The notes below the pieces were generated by a model that was not told the origin of the DNA, did not search any database, and was given only the letters and a program-made list of their open reading frames with translations. From assembly GCA_046597055.1 (NCBI GenBank), contig JBKJLC010000177.1, forward strand, positions 1-16,851: a stretch of DNA of 16,851 nucleotides. Reading direction: 5' to 3'. The translations under genes and the position numbers were made by a program. Shown piece by piece: positions 1-13,370 of the stretch (positions are counted from its first letter, which is position 1; every line of letters begins with the position of its first letter). The DNA comes from Kofleriaceae bacterium (GTDB taxonomy: Bacteria; Myxococcota_A; Polyangia; Haliangiales; Haliangiaceae).

Positions 1-1076
1 TCGAACAGCCCGGGCTTGGCGGCGACGGCGCCGGTGAACGCGCCGCGCTCGTGGCCGAACAGCTCGCTCTCGATCAGCGCCTCCGGCAGCGCGGCGCAGT
101 TCAGCGTCACGAACGGACCGTCCTTGCGCGCCGAGTAGTGATGGACCGCGAACGCGGCGTTCTCCTTGCCGGCGCCGGTCTCGCCGGTGACGATCACCGA
201 CAGGTTGGATGCGGCCAGGCGCCGGATCAGCTCGTAGAGCCGGACCATCGCCGGATCGGCGACCACCACCGCGCGCTCGCCGAGCACCAGGTTGTGGGCC
301 CGGCCGGTGGCGCGTTCGCAGGCGCCGATCGGCGCGGCCAGGGCCGTGCTGCGCGCGGCCTCGAGCAGCGCGTCGGCGTCGCAGCCGTCGGTGGGGCAGT
401 CGGCGATCCCGAGGCGCGCGTCCGGCGCGATCGGCACGGCCGCCTCGAGCAGCCGCAGCGCCAGGTCGTCGGCGACCTCGGCATCGAGCTCGGGCGCGAC
501 CACCACCAAGTGGCGATCGTCGAGCCAGCCGGCGACATCGAACGGGCGCAGCACCGGCTCGATCGCGGATGCGGCCAGGCGGCGATCGACGAGCGCCTCG
601 CCGAGGTGGAGCGCGATCACCGCCAGCGGCCGCTCGAAGCCGAGCGCGCGCTCGACCTCGCCGGCCAGCCGGCCACGCACCGCGGCGGCGCCGGCCAGCG
701 CGCGGGGCCCGATGACCAGCTGGGTGTGCAGCACGAGCGTCGTGTCGCCGATCGTCAGGATGTCGCCCGAGCGCAGCGGTCGGGCGCCGACGACGGGCTC
801 GCCGTTCAGGCGGGTGCCGTTGTGGCTGTCGAGATCGGTCACCTCGATCGCACCCTCGACGACCGACACCCGCGCGTGGCGGCGCGACGCCGCCTCGTTG
901 CCGATGCGGACGTCGGCCTCGGCGCCGCGGCCGATCAGGAGCGCGCCGTTGCGGGGCAGCGCGACGATCGACGACGTGCTGCCGGCGACGACGAGGAAGT
1001 ACGAGCGAAACGCCCCGCGCGGCGCGGCGGGGGGCGCGCCGGTGCACGTCGCCGTGAGGCGCGGGACATCGTCCAT
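1..1076 (-). CDS. Sigma54-dependent enhancer-binding protein with N-terminal FHA domain and degenerate GGDEF-like middle domain (C-terminus runs off the window's left edge)
   Basis: Manual minus-strand translation from ATG at 1076 ([11 protein letters not shown]...). FHA motifs [17 protein letters not shown]. Walker [15 protein letters not shown] and [15 protein letters not shown] of sigma54 activators. Frame is open to the window edge, so it is absent from the ORF track. Confidence 0.93.
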   Translation of the reverse strand, partial: MDDVPRLTATCTGAPPAAPRGAFRSYFLVVAGSTSSIVALPRNGALLIGRGAEADVRIGNEAASRRHARVSVVEGAIEVTDLDSHNGTRLNGEPVVGARPLRSGDILTIGDTTLVLHTQLVIGPRALAGAAAVRGRLAGEVERALGFERPLAVIALHLGEALVDRRLAASAIEPVLRPFDVAGWLDDRHLVVVAPELDAEVADDLALRLLEAAVPIAPDARLGIADCPTDGCDADALLEAARSTALAAPIGACERATGRAHNLVLGERAVVVADPAMVRLYELIRRLAASNLSVIVTGETGAGKENAAFAVHHYSARKDGPFVTLNCAALPEALIESELFGHERGAFTGAVAAKPGLF

Positions 1077-1082
1077 CGATGG

Positions 1083-1088
1083 AGGATG
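1083..1088 (-). promoter_or_regulatory. Candidate -10 element (CATCCT) 6 nt upstream of the activator start codon, leaderless-type geometry
   Basis: Minus strand reads GACATCCT-CCATCG-ATG with no Shine-Dalgarno; imperfect match to TANNNT. Confidence 0.3.
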
Positions 1089-1303
1089 TCGCACGGGGCC
1101 CAGGGCGTGTCGAGGACGGCCTGGGACCCTCCGCGCGTGCACGACGTCGGAGCACCAGGCGGCCGTGGATACCTAGCAAGTCCCGACGGTTGGGGCCGGG
1201 GCAGGTTGACGGGCCGGTCCTGGGTCGACTCCGAGCGGGATCGCGACCGTGCGGGCGCGCGCGACGACGGTCGGCGCCGGAACGGCGGATACTACCCGCC
1301 TCC

Positions 1304-2344
1304 ATGTCCGCGCCCGCCAACAGCTCGGCCAACCTCGACCTGCTGCGCGCGGTCGCGGTGATCACGGTCATGATCGATCACCTGGTGCCGACCCTGGTCT
1401 ATCGCGGGTTCGCGGTCCCGGGGACGCTCGCCGCGTTCACCGAGCACATCGGCCACGCCGGCGTGCTGGCGTTCTTCGTCCACACCAGCTTCGTGCTCAT
1501 GTTCTCGCTCGAGCGGATGGCGGCCCGGCCGGCGCCGCGCTTGACCGCGCGCTTCTACCTGCGCCGGCTGTTCCGGATCTACCCGCTGGCGATCGCGTGC
1601 GTGGTCGCGGTGGTGGTGCTCGGGCTGCCCGCCGCGACCTGGCACCCGAGCAGCCCGCCGAGCATCGAGGTCATCGTCGCCAACCTGCTGCTGATCCAGA
1701 ACCTGGTCTCCGGGCACAGCGTGCTGATCCCGCTGTGGAGCCTGCCCTACGAGGTCGAGATGTACGTCGTCCTGCCGGCGCTGTACTTCGTCGCTCGCCG
1801 GGTCGACGGCGCCCGCTGGATCGCCGGGCTGCTGGCGCTCTCGATCGTCGGCGGCTACGCGGTCGCCGCGCTTGCGGGCGGTCACCTCAACATCTTTGCC
1901 TACGTGCCGTGCTTCCTCGCCGGGGTGCTCTGCTTCACGCTGCGGGGACGGCTGCCCCGCGAGCTCCCGGGGTTCGCGTGGACCATCTTCGTGCTGCTGC
2001 TGATCGGGGCCTACTGCCTGGTGCACTGGGGCGCACCGCACGCGATCTACTGGGTCGGCTGGCTGTACTGCGTGATCCTGGCGCTCGGCTTTCGCGGGTT
2101 CGCCGACCTCCGCCATCCGCTCGTCAACCGGGTCACCCAGCGGATCGCGACCTACTCGTACGGCCTGTACCTGCTGCACGTGCCGGTGCTGCACGTGGTG
2201 TTCGGCGTGTTGCGGGTGCGCTCGCTGGCGACCGGCCTGGTCGCGTACGCCGCGCTATCGACGGTGGCGGCCGTGCTGGCGTACCACCTGATCGAGGCGC
2301 CCATGATGAGCCTCGGCCGGCGCCTCAGCGAGCCCGCGGCCTGA
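1304..2344 (+). CDS. Acyltransferase family 3 (OafA/YrhL-like) integral membrane O-acyltransferase
   Basis: NLDLLRAVA, GVLAFFVHTSF, FYLRRLFRIYP, WSLPYEVEMY and SYGLYLLH motifs; about 10 hydrophobic segments. ATG 1304 (MSAPANSS) is preferred over the ORF-track start at 1079. Confidence 0.9.
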   Translation: MSAPANSSANLDLLRAVAVITVMIDHLVPTLVYRGFAVPGTLAAFTEHIGHAGVLAFFVHTSFVLMFSLERMAARPAPRLTARFYLRRLFRIYPLAIACVVAVVVLGLPAATWHPSSPPSIEVIVANLLLIQNLVSGHSVLIPLWSLPYEVEMYVVLPALYFVARRVDGARWIAGLLALSIVGGYAVAALAGGHLNIFAYVPCFLAGVLCFTLRGRLPRELPGFAWTIFVLLLIGAYCLVHWGAPHAIYWVGWLYCVILALGFRGFADLRHPLVNRVTQRIATYSYGLYLLHVPVLHVVFGVLRVRSLATGLVAYAALSTVAAVLAYHLIEAPMMSLGRRLSEPAA

Positions 2345-2378
2345 CCCCGCTCAGCGCGCCGATGGGGCGTCGGGCGCC

Positions 2379-2897
2379 ATTGGGACCGAGCTGGACGTGT
2401 ACCTGCGCGACACCGTCGATGCGGACAAGGACATCGAGGGGCTGCACTCGTTCTGGCTGGGCTGCCTGTACGAGAACCGCCGGTTCCTCGAGCCCGATCA
2501 GAGGCGCAAGGCGAGCTTGCCGTGCACGCCGCTGGCAATCCTGAAGCTGCTCGAGGCCGCCGGCATGTTCGCCGCCACCGAGCGCCCGCTCGCGGGCCGC
2601 ACCGCCTGCATCTTCAACCGCAGCGAGGTCACCGGCCGGCCGCTGGCCAGCATGATGGCCAACGACGGCGCGCGCGTGTACTCGTTCGATGTCGATGGCC
2701 CGCTGCTGTTCGAGCCGGGCGAGGCCCACCAGTTGCGCGAGACCTCGATCGACCGCAAGACCGCGCTCGCCGAGGCCGACATCGTCATCACCGGGGTCGG
2801 CAAGACGGCGACGTTCATCCCGCGGGTCGGGCCGATGACGGTCACCATGGCGATCCGCAACAGCCTGCGCCTGTATCAGAACCGCGCCGCCCGCTGA
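2379..2897 (+). pseudogene. Fragment of NAD-dependent methylenetetrahydrofolate dehydrogenase (FolD superfamily, yeast Mtd1-like subtype); lacks the N-terminal part and has an apparent internal in-frame deletion
   Basis: KDIEGL, LPCTPLAILKLLE, NRSEVTGRPLASMMANDGARVYSFD, DIVITGV and VGPMTVTM-RN motifs. The frame is closed upstream by TGA codons at 2304-2309, leaving no room for the N-terminal region. ITGV is joined directly to GKTATFIP. Confidence 0.75.
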
Positions 2898-2951
2898 GCT
2901 GCGGCGCGCCCGAACCCGGGCCGCGCCGGTCGTCCTCGCGCCTGCCGCGGG

Positions 2952-2957
2952 TATAGT
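2952..2957 (+). promoter_or_regulatory. Candidate sigma70-type -10 element TATAGT
   Basis: 5/6 match to TATAAT in a very GC-rich intergenic gap, 12 nt before ATG 2970; no clear -35 or Shine-Dalgarno. Confidence 0.5.
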
Positions 2958-2969
2958 GGCGGCCGCCCG

Positions 2970-4775
<1,806 letters not shown>

Positions 4776-4865
4776 CAGCGGCTGCGGGCCTCGTCAGATT
4801 GCCCGTGACAGGCTGCGGACCTCAGCGAGCGAAGCGCGCCGGCAATGGGTGATACCGTCGCGGCC

Positions 4866-5876
4866 GTGACCTCCGACCGGCCCGTCCTGGTCACCGGCGC
4901 CAGCGGCCTGATCGGCCGCGGCGTGGTGGCCCGCCTGCTCGCCGACGGCCACCAGGTGCGCGGGTTCGTGCTCGCGGGCGAGGACGTGACCCGGTTCCCC
5001 GAGCTGGCGGCGCGGCCCGGGCTCGAGCTCGTGCGTGGCGACATCACCGACGCCGGCTCGGTCGCGGCCGCGACCCGGGGCGCGGGGCGGGTGATCCACC
5101 TCGCCGCCGTGGTCGGCGACTGGGGGCCGACCGCGCTGTTCGAGCGCATCAACGTCGGAGGCACCCGCCACGTGCTCGACGCGGCCACCGCAGCCGGCGT
5201 CGAGCGGTTCCTGATGGTGTCGTCGATCGTCGTCTACGGCTCGCAGCTCGCGACCGGGCTGTGCGACGAGTACGCGCCGCGCGAGCACGGGGTCGGGCCC
5301 TACTCGCGCAGCAAGCGTGCCTCCGAGGAGCTCGCGCTCGACTACCACGGCTTCGGGCGGGTCCCGGTCACCGTGGTCCGGCCCGGCAACGTGTTCGGCC
5401 CGGGCTCGGCGCTGTGGGTCGACGAGCTGGTGCGGCTGGCCCGCCGCGGCCTCGGGCTGTGGCTGGGCGATGGCACCGGTGACGCCACGCTCGCCTATGT
5501 CGACAACGTGGTCGACGTGATCGTCCGCGCGCTCGGGCATCGGGCCGCGGCTGGCCGCATCTACAACGCGATCGACGCCGGTGGCGTGTCGTGGCGCGCC
5601 TACCTGACCGACCTCGCCCGGGTGGCCGGGGCGGCGCCGCCGCGGCGCGCGCTGCCGGTGCCGGTGGCCGCGGCGCTGGCCACCGCGATGGAGCAGAGCT
5701 GGCGCCTGATCGGCCGGCGCGCGCGGCCGCTCCTGACCCGCGAGGCGGTCCAGCTGCTCGCCTCGCAGGCGCCGGTCCCGATCGCGCGCGCGCGCGCCGA
5801 GCTGGGATACGATCCGATCCCGTACCCGCAGGCGCTGGCCGCGGTCGCGCGCTACCTGGAGGAATCGACGCCATGA
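4866..5876 (+). CDS. NAD-dependent epimerase/dehydratase (extended SDR, 3-beta-HSD-like)
   Basis: VLVTGASGLIG Rossmann motif, VIHLAA, NVGGT, VSS, catalytic YSRSK, RPGNVFGP. Start is GTG 4866 or ATG 4845. Confidence 0.9.
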   Translation: MTSDRPVLVTGASGLIGRGVVARLLADGHQVRGFVLAGEDVTRFPELAARPGLELVRGDITDAGSVAAATRGAGRVIHLAAVVGDWGPTALFERINVGGTRHVLDAATAAGVERFLMVSSIVVYGSQLATGLCDEYAPREHGVGPYSRSKRASEELALDYHGFGRVPVTVVRPGNVFGPGSALWVDELVRLARRGLGLWLGDGTGDATLAYVDNVVDVIVRALGHRAAAGRIYNAIDAGGVSWRAYLTDLARVAGAAPPRRALPVPVAAALATAMEQSWRLIGRRARPLLTREAVQLLASQAPVPIARARAELGYDPIPYPQALAAVARYLEESTP

Positions 5877-6814
5877 ACCGGCTCGTGACAGTACCGTGGA
5901 CGATCTCGTGGCAAGCCGGGGCGATCGTCGCCGCGCTCGCCATGACCGCGTGCGACAGCCGCGCCACCGCGTCCGGCAGCAACGCCGCGGTCGCGATCGG
6001 GCGACCGTCGTCCGAGCTCGAGAGCTGCGGCACCACCGCGCACTGCAGCGACGGCCTGCGCTGCGTCGACCAGACCTGCAGCCGCGAGGCGCGCTCGACG
6101 GTCGGCGACTACCTCGCCGCGCGCGGGGCCCGCGAGCTCGCCGCCGGCAAGGTCGACGGCGCGATCGCGAGCTACGCCGAGGCGCTCGCGAGCTACGAGA
6201 GCGACCAGCTCGGGGTCCCGCCCGACCTCGACTGCGCGTACGGCCAGGCGCTGGCCCGCGGCCAGGCCAGCAAGGACAAGGGCGAGCTGGCGGCCCGGGT
6301 GCTCCACCGCTGCCTGCTGGCGCTACCGCCGGGGGGGCCGCTCCGTCGCGCGACCCTGGGCGCGCTGGCCGAGCTCCACGACGCCGGCCTCGATCCGCGC
6401 CAGCTCGGCAAGGCCCAGCTCGCCGACCGCTACCTCACCCGGGCGCCCGAGAAGCCGGCGACCGATCGCCTCACGGTCGCGGTGACCGCCGACCCGCCGC
6501 CCAAGGGCAAGTCGTACGCGGGGGTTCCCGAGCGCCTCGCCCAGCCCGATCTCAAGGCGGCGCTGGTCGCCTGCTGGGAGCGCAACTTCGCGGCGACCGC
6601 GACCCAGGAGCTGACCGCCAAGGTCGGCCTCAAGGTCAGCTACCGGCCCAGCGAGTACGAGGACGAGGCGGGGACCTACGCGGTCAGCGTGCCGGCCAGC
6701 ACCGGCGCCGCCGACGGCCAGGCGTGCGTGCGCGCGGCGGTGGAGCCGGCGCTGACCGGGCTCAAGACGCTCCGCGACGCGATGGACACGACGCTCACGA
6801 TCACCGTCAAGTAG
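5873..6814 (+). CDS. Putative lipoprotein: Cys-rich microdomain, TPR-like helices, C-terminal AgmX/PglI (TonB-C-like) domain
   Basis: ATGA overlap with the SDR stop and GGAGG upstream. Hydrophobic signal ending AMTA-C. Motif CGTTAHCSDGLRCVDQTC. C-terminal LKAALVACWER...ACVRAAV pattern. Domain names are inferred by eye. Confidence 0.7.
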   Translation: MNRLVTVPWTISWQAGAIVAALAMTACDSRATASGSNAAVAIGRPSSELESCGTTAHCSDGLRCVDQTCSREARSTVGDYLAARGARELAAGKVDGAIASYAEALASYESDQLGVPPDLDCAYGQALARGQASKDKGELAARVLHRCLLALPPGGPLRRATLGALAELHDAGLDPRQLGKAQLADRYLTRAPEKPATDRLTVAVTADPPPKGKSYAGVPERLAQPDLKAALVACWERNFAATATQELTAKVGLKVSYRPSEYEDEAGTYAVSVPASTGAADGQACVRAAVEPALTGLKTLRDAMDTTLTITVK

Positions 6815-6848
6815 GCGGAATCCGCTGGACTCGGCGCCGAGACGCCGA

Positions 6849-6877
6849 TTGTCCGGCTGACCGGACCGTGGTAGGTC
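6849..6877 (+). promoter_or_regulatory. Candidate sigma70 promoter for rlmN: TTGTCC-N17-TAGGTC with extended TG
   Basis: -35-like TTGTCC 6849-6854, 17-nt spacer, TG at 6869-6870, -10-like TAGGTC 6872-6877. GAGG at 6891-6894 precedes GTG 6900. Confidence 0.45.
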
Positions 6878-6899
6878 ATCGGGCTCACCCGAGGCCGAC

Positions 6900-8036
<1,137 letters not shown>

Positions 8037-8113
8037 TCGACACCTCGTGCGCGGCGCGCCGCACGGCGGCGCAGCCATGCGAATCTGAGCCGCGCTCCGC
8101 GCGCGGATCGCCC

Positions 8114-8119
8114 TACAAT
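8114..8119 (+). promoter_or_regulatory. Candidate -10 element TACAAT, 7 nt before ATG 8127 (leaderless-type geometry)
   Basis: 5/6 match to TATAAT, followed by GACCGGC-ATG with no Shine-Dalgarno. Confidence 0.55.
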
Positions 8120-8126
8120 GACCGGC

Positions 8127-9080
8127 ATGGTCCGACGCGCCGCGACCGCGTGGCTGGTGGCGATGCTGGCCACCACCACCGCGTGCAATCAGGTGTTCGG
8201 CCTGGATCCGCCGGGCGGCGCTGACGACGGAGACGACGGAGATGCCGACGGCGGCGCCGCCGCCACCGATGCCGCCGAACCCGCCGAACCCGACGCGCCC
8301 GCGCTCGACGCGGCCGGCAACCGGTGGAGCGCGCCGAACCCGATCACGGTGGCGGCGGGTGGCGTCGCGTTCGAGAGCGAGCCGACCCTGTCGCCCGATC
8401 AGCTCGAGCTGTACTTCGCCCACCAGGCCAACGGGTTCGCGGGCAAGGACCTGTGGCGCGCCACCCGGGCCAGCCTCGGCGACGCCTGGAACAGCGCGGC
8501 CGCGCTGCCCACGCTGAGCTCGATGAGCGCCGATGGCACCCCGCGCCTCACCACCGACGGCCTGCGCATCTATTTCAGCAGCGACCGCGGTGGTGCGGGC
8601 GGCACCGACATCTGGGTCGCCGACCGGGTCAACCAGACCACCGCCAGCTGGATCGCGCTCGCGGTCGACCCCGGGCTCAGCACCGACGCCGACGACCGCA
8701 CCGCCTCGCCCTGCGAGGGTCGCAAGCGCCTGGTGCTGGCGTCGAACCGGGGCGGGACGAGGACGGCTCACGACCTGTACGAGTCCGACGACGCGGGCAC
8801 CCGTGCCCTCGACCTGCTCAACAGCCCGGGCGAGGACCTGAGCCCCTATCTCACCGCGGACTGCCTCACGCTGTACTTCGCGTCGGACCGACAGGGCAGC
8901 CTCGATCTCTACGTCTCGGCGCGGGTGACGCCCGACGACCCGTGGTCGCTACCGGTCCGGATCGACGAGCTCGCGACCTCCGGCACCGAGTCCGATCCGT
9001 GGGTCTCGCCCGACCAGCGGCACCTCGTGTTCACGTCGGCCGCGTTCGGTCGTTCCGACGTGGTCGAGTCGTTCCGGTAG
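8127..9080 (+). CDS. Lipoprotein with PD40/TolB-like beta-propeller repeats
   Basis: Signal peptide [20 protein letters not shown]; acidic/Pro linker; repeats [58 protein letters not shown]. Alternative start at 8118. Confidence 0.85.
   Translation: MVRRAATAWLVAMLATTTACNQVFGLDPPGGADDGDDGDADGGAAATDAAEPAEPDAPALDAAGNRWSAPNPITVAAGGVAFESEPTLSPDQLELYFAHQANGFAGKDLWRATRASLGDAWNSAAALPTLSSMSADGTPRLTTDGLRIYFSSDRGGAGGTDIWVADRVNQTTASWIALAVDPGLSTDADDRTASPCEGRKRLVLASNRGGTRTAHDLYESDDAGTRALDLLNSPGEDLSPYLTADCLTLYFASDRQGSLDLYVSARVTPDDPWSLPVRIDELATSGTESDPWVSPDQRHLVFTSAAFGRSDVVESFR
8223..8291 (+). repeat. Two short in-frame tandem duplications in the lipoprotein linker: (GACGACGGA)x2 at 8223-8240 and (GCCGAACCC)x2 at 8274-8291
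   Basis: Directly visible; they encode DDG-DDG and AEP-AEP. Confidence 0.8.
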
Positions 9081-9090
9081 CGGTAGCGCG

Positions 9091-9522
9091 CTAGCGCTCG
9101 AGGGTCGCGAGCTCAGCGGCCGAGAAGAAGAACGCGATCTCCTGGGCGGCGGTCTCGGGCGCGTCGGAGCCGTGGACGGCGTTGCGCTCGATGTCGGTGC
9201 CGAACAGCTTGCGGATGGTGCCGGCGTCGGCCTTCTCCGGGTTGGTCGCGCCCATGATCTCGCGGTTCTTCAGGATCGCGTTCTCGCCCTCGAGCACCTG
9301 CACGAGGACCGGGCCCTCGGTCATGAACTTCACCAGGCCGCCGAAGAACGGGCGGGCGCTGTGGACGCCGTAGAAGGCGCGGGCCTGGGCGTCGGTGAGC
9401 CGGGTCAGGCGCGCGGCGACGACGCGCAGGCCGCCCTCCTCGAACTTCGAGATGATGCCGCCGATGCTGTTCTTGGCGACCGCGTCGGGCTTGATGATGG
9501 AGAAGGTGCGCTCGATGGCCAT
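9091..9522 (-). CDS. ndk: Nucleoside diphosphate kinase
   Basis: [21 protein letters not shown] and catalytic NAVHGSD motifs; GGAG upstream of the start. Confidence 0.98.
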   Translation of the reverse strand: MAIERTFSIIKPDAVAKNSIGGIISKFEEGGLRVVAARLTRLTDAQARAFYGVHSARPFFGGLVKFMTEGPVLVQVLEGENAILKNREIMGATNPEKADAGTIRKLFGTDIERNAVHGSDAPETAAQEIAFFFSAAELATLER

Positions 9523-9541
9523 GGTGAGACTCCGGAAGCCG

Positions 9542-9575
9542 AAAGTAGAAAAGCCGCTAGCGGAGGGCTAGCGGC
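9542..9575 (-). terminator. Intrinsic terminator-like hairpin between sucD and ndk
   Basis: Perfect 9-bp stem GCCGCTAGC/GCTAGCGGC (9553-9561, 9567-9575) with a 5-nt loop, followed on the minus strand by UUUUCUACUUU. Confidence 0.7.
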
Positions 9576-9599
9576 GGCGGAAATACCTGAAACCGGCGG

Positions 9600-11680
<2,081 letters not shown>

Positions 11681-11821
11681 CGGGACCTCGGTCCCGCGGG
11701 TTTACCGTCGCCGGGCCCGGTGGCGCAACGCCCTCCGGACCCGAATCGCGGCGGGGCCGGTTCAGCGTCGCGGCGTCACGGGCCTTCCCCCGACGGCGCC
11801 GGCGCGGTAGGCATGGGCGCG

Positions 11822-13363
11822 ATGTCGACCAAGCCCCAGACCGCGATCACCCCGACCCGCGCCGACAACTACGCCGAGTGGTACCAGCAGGTCGTCAAGG
11901 CGGCCGACCTGGCCGAGAACTCGCCGGTGCGCGGCTGCATGGTGATCAAGCCGTGGGGCTACGCGCTCTGGGAGCACTGCCAGCGCGTGCTCGACGGGAT
12001 GTTCAAGGAGACCGGGCACGTCAACGCGTACTTCCCGCTGTTCATCCCGCTGTCGTTCCTCGAGAAGGAGGCCGCCCACGTCGAGGGCTTCGCCAAGGAG
12101 TGCGCGGTGGTCACCCATCACCGGCTCGAGCTGAAGGACGGCAAGCTGGTGCCGACCGGCGAGCTCGAGGAGCCGCTGGTGGTGCGCCCGACCTCGGAGA
12201 CGATCATCGGCGAGATGTTCGCCAAGTGGGTCCAGAGCTATCGCGACCTGCCGCTGCTCATCAACCAGTGGGCCAACGTGGTGCGCTGGGAGATGCGCAC
12301 GCGGCTGTTCCTGCGCACGACCGAGTTCCTCTGGCAGGAGGGCCACACCGCCCACGCCACCTCGACCGAGGCGGTCGAGGAGACCATGCGCATGCTCGAC
12401 GTCTACGCGACCTTCGCCGAGGAGTGGATGGCGATGCCGGTCATCAAGGGCGCCAAGACCGCCGGCGAGCGGTTCCCGGGCGCGGTCGACACCTACTGCA
12501 TCGAGGCGATGATGCAGGACCGCAAGGCGCTGCAGGCCGGCACCTCGCACTTCCTCGGCCAGAACTTCGCGAAGGCCTCGGGCATCCGGTTCTCGGACGA
12601 CAAGGGCGCGCTCGAGCACGCGTGGACCACCAGCTGGGGCGTGTCGACCCGCCTGGTCGGCGCGATGATCATGACCCACGCCGACGACGACGGCATGGTG
12701 TGCCCGCCCCGGCTGGCGCCGACCCACGTCGTGATCCTGCCGGTGACCCACAAGGCCGACGACCCGCAGAAGGTGATCGACTGGTGCAAGGCGCTCGCGG
12801 CCGAGCTCAAGGCCCAGACCTTCGCCGGGACCCCGGTCCGGGTCGAGATCGACAGCCGCGACCTGCGCGGCGGCGACAAGGTCTGGCAGTGGATCAAGAA
12901 GGGCGCGCCGCTGCGGCTCGAGGTCGGGCCGCGCGACATCGAGAAGGACTCGGTCTTCCTGGGCCGCCGCGATCGCGGGCCCAAGGACAAGGCGTCGGTG
13001 CCGCGCGCCGAGGTGGTCGCGACCGTGGCCGCGCTGCTGCAAGAGATCCAGGACGGCATGCTCGCGCGCGCGACCGCGTTCCGCGCCGAGCACACCCGCG
13101 TGATCGACGACAAGGCCGAGTTCTACGCCTACTTCACCCCGTCCAAGGTCGGCGACGACGAAGACAACAGCAACGCGCCGACCCCGATCCACGGCGGCTT
13201 CGCGATGACCCACTTCTCGGGCGACGTCGCGGTCGAGAAGACCCTGAAGGACCAGCTGGGCGTGACCGTGCGCTGCATCCCGCTCGACGACGGCGAGCCT
13301 GGCACCTGTCCGTTCACCGGCAAGCCGAGCGCCAAGCGCGTGGTGTGGGCCAAGAGCTACTGA
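11822..13363 (+). CDS. proS: Proline--tRNA ligase, archaeal/eukaryotic-type (no INS editing domain)
   Basis: [54 protein letters not shown] and C-terminal AKSY. Start is ATG 11822 or 11813; the ORF-track 790-aa extension overlaps sucC antisense. Confidence 0.97.
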   Translation: MSTKPQTAITPTRADNYAEWYQQVVKAADLAENSPVRGCMVIKPWGYALWEHCQRVLDGMFKETGHVNAYFPLFIPLSFLEKEAAHVEGFAKECAVVTHHRLELKDGKLVPTGELEEPLVVRPTSETIIGEMFAKWVQSYRDLPLLINQWANVVRWEMRTRLFLRTTEFLWQEGHTAHATSTEAVEETMRMLDVYATFAEEWMAMPVIKGAKTAGERFPGAVDTYCIEAMMQDRKALQAGTSHFLGQNFAKASGIRFSDDKGALEHAWTTSWGVSTRLVGAMIMTHADDDGMVCPPRLAPTHVVILPVTHKADDPQKVIDWCKALAAELKAQTFAGTPVRVEIDSRDLRGGDKVWQWIKKGAPLRLEVGPRDIEKDSVFLGRRDRGPKDKASVPRAEVVATVAALLQEIQDGMLARATAFRAEHTRVIDDKAEFYAYFTPSKVGDDEDNSNAPTPIHGGFAMTHFSGDVAVEKTLKDQLGVTVRCIPLDDGEPGTCPFTGKPSAKRVVWAKSY

Positions 13364-13370
13364 GCGAGCG

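Noticed and set aside
51..1361. 436-aa plus-strand ORF and the many other long overlapping ORFs (e.g. 3266-4852, 6885-8771, 9729-10826, 11762-13582, 15500-16804)
   Set aside because: Antisense or off-frame shadows of recognisable genes; long stop-free frames are expected at this GC content, and the translations are Arg/Gly/Pro-rich without motifs.
8046..8107. Palindromes after rlmN (8046-8065, 8096-8107) as a terminator or REP-like element
   Set aside because: Almost pure G/C, no U-tract and not repeated elsewhere in the window.
11705..11821. T-box or other tRNA-sensing leader upstream of proS
   Set aside because: The gap is short and shared with the divergent sucC promoter; no T-box consensus or terminator is visible.
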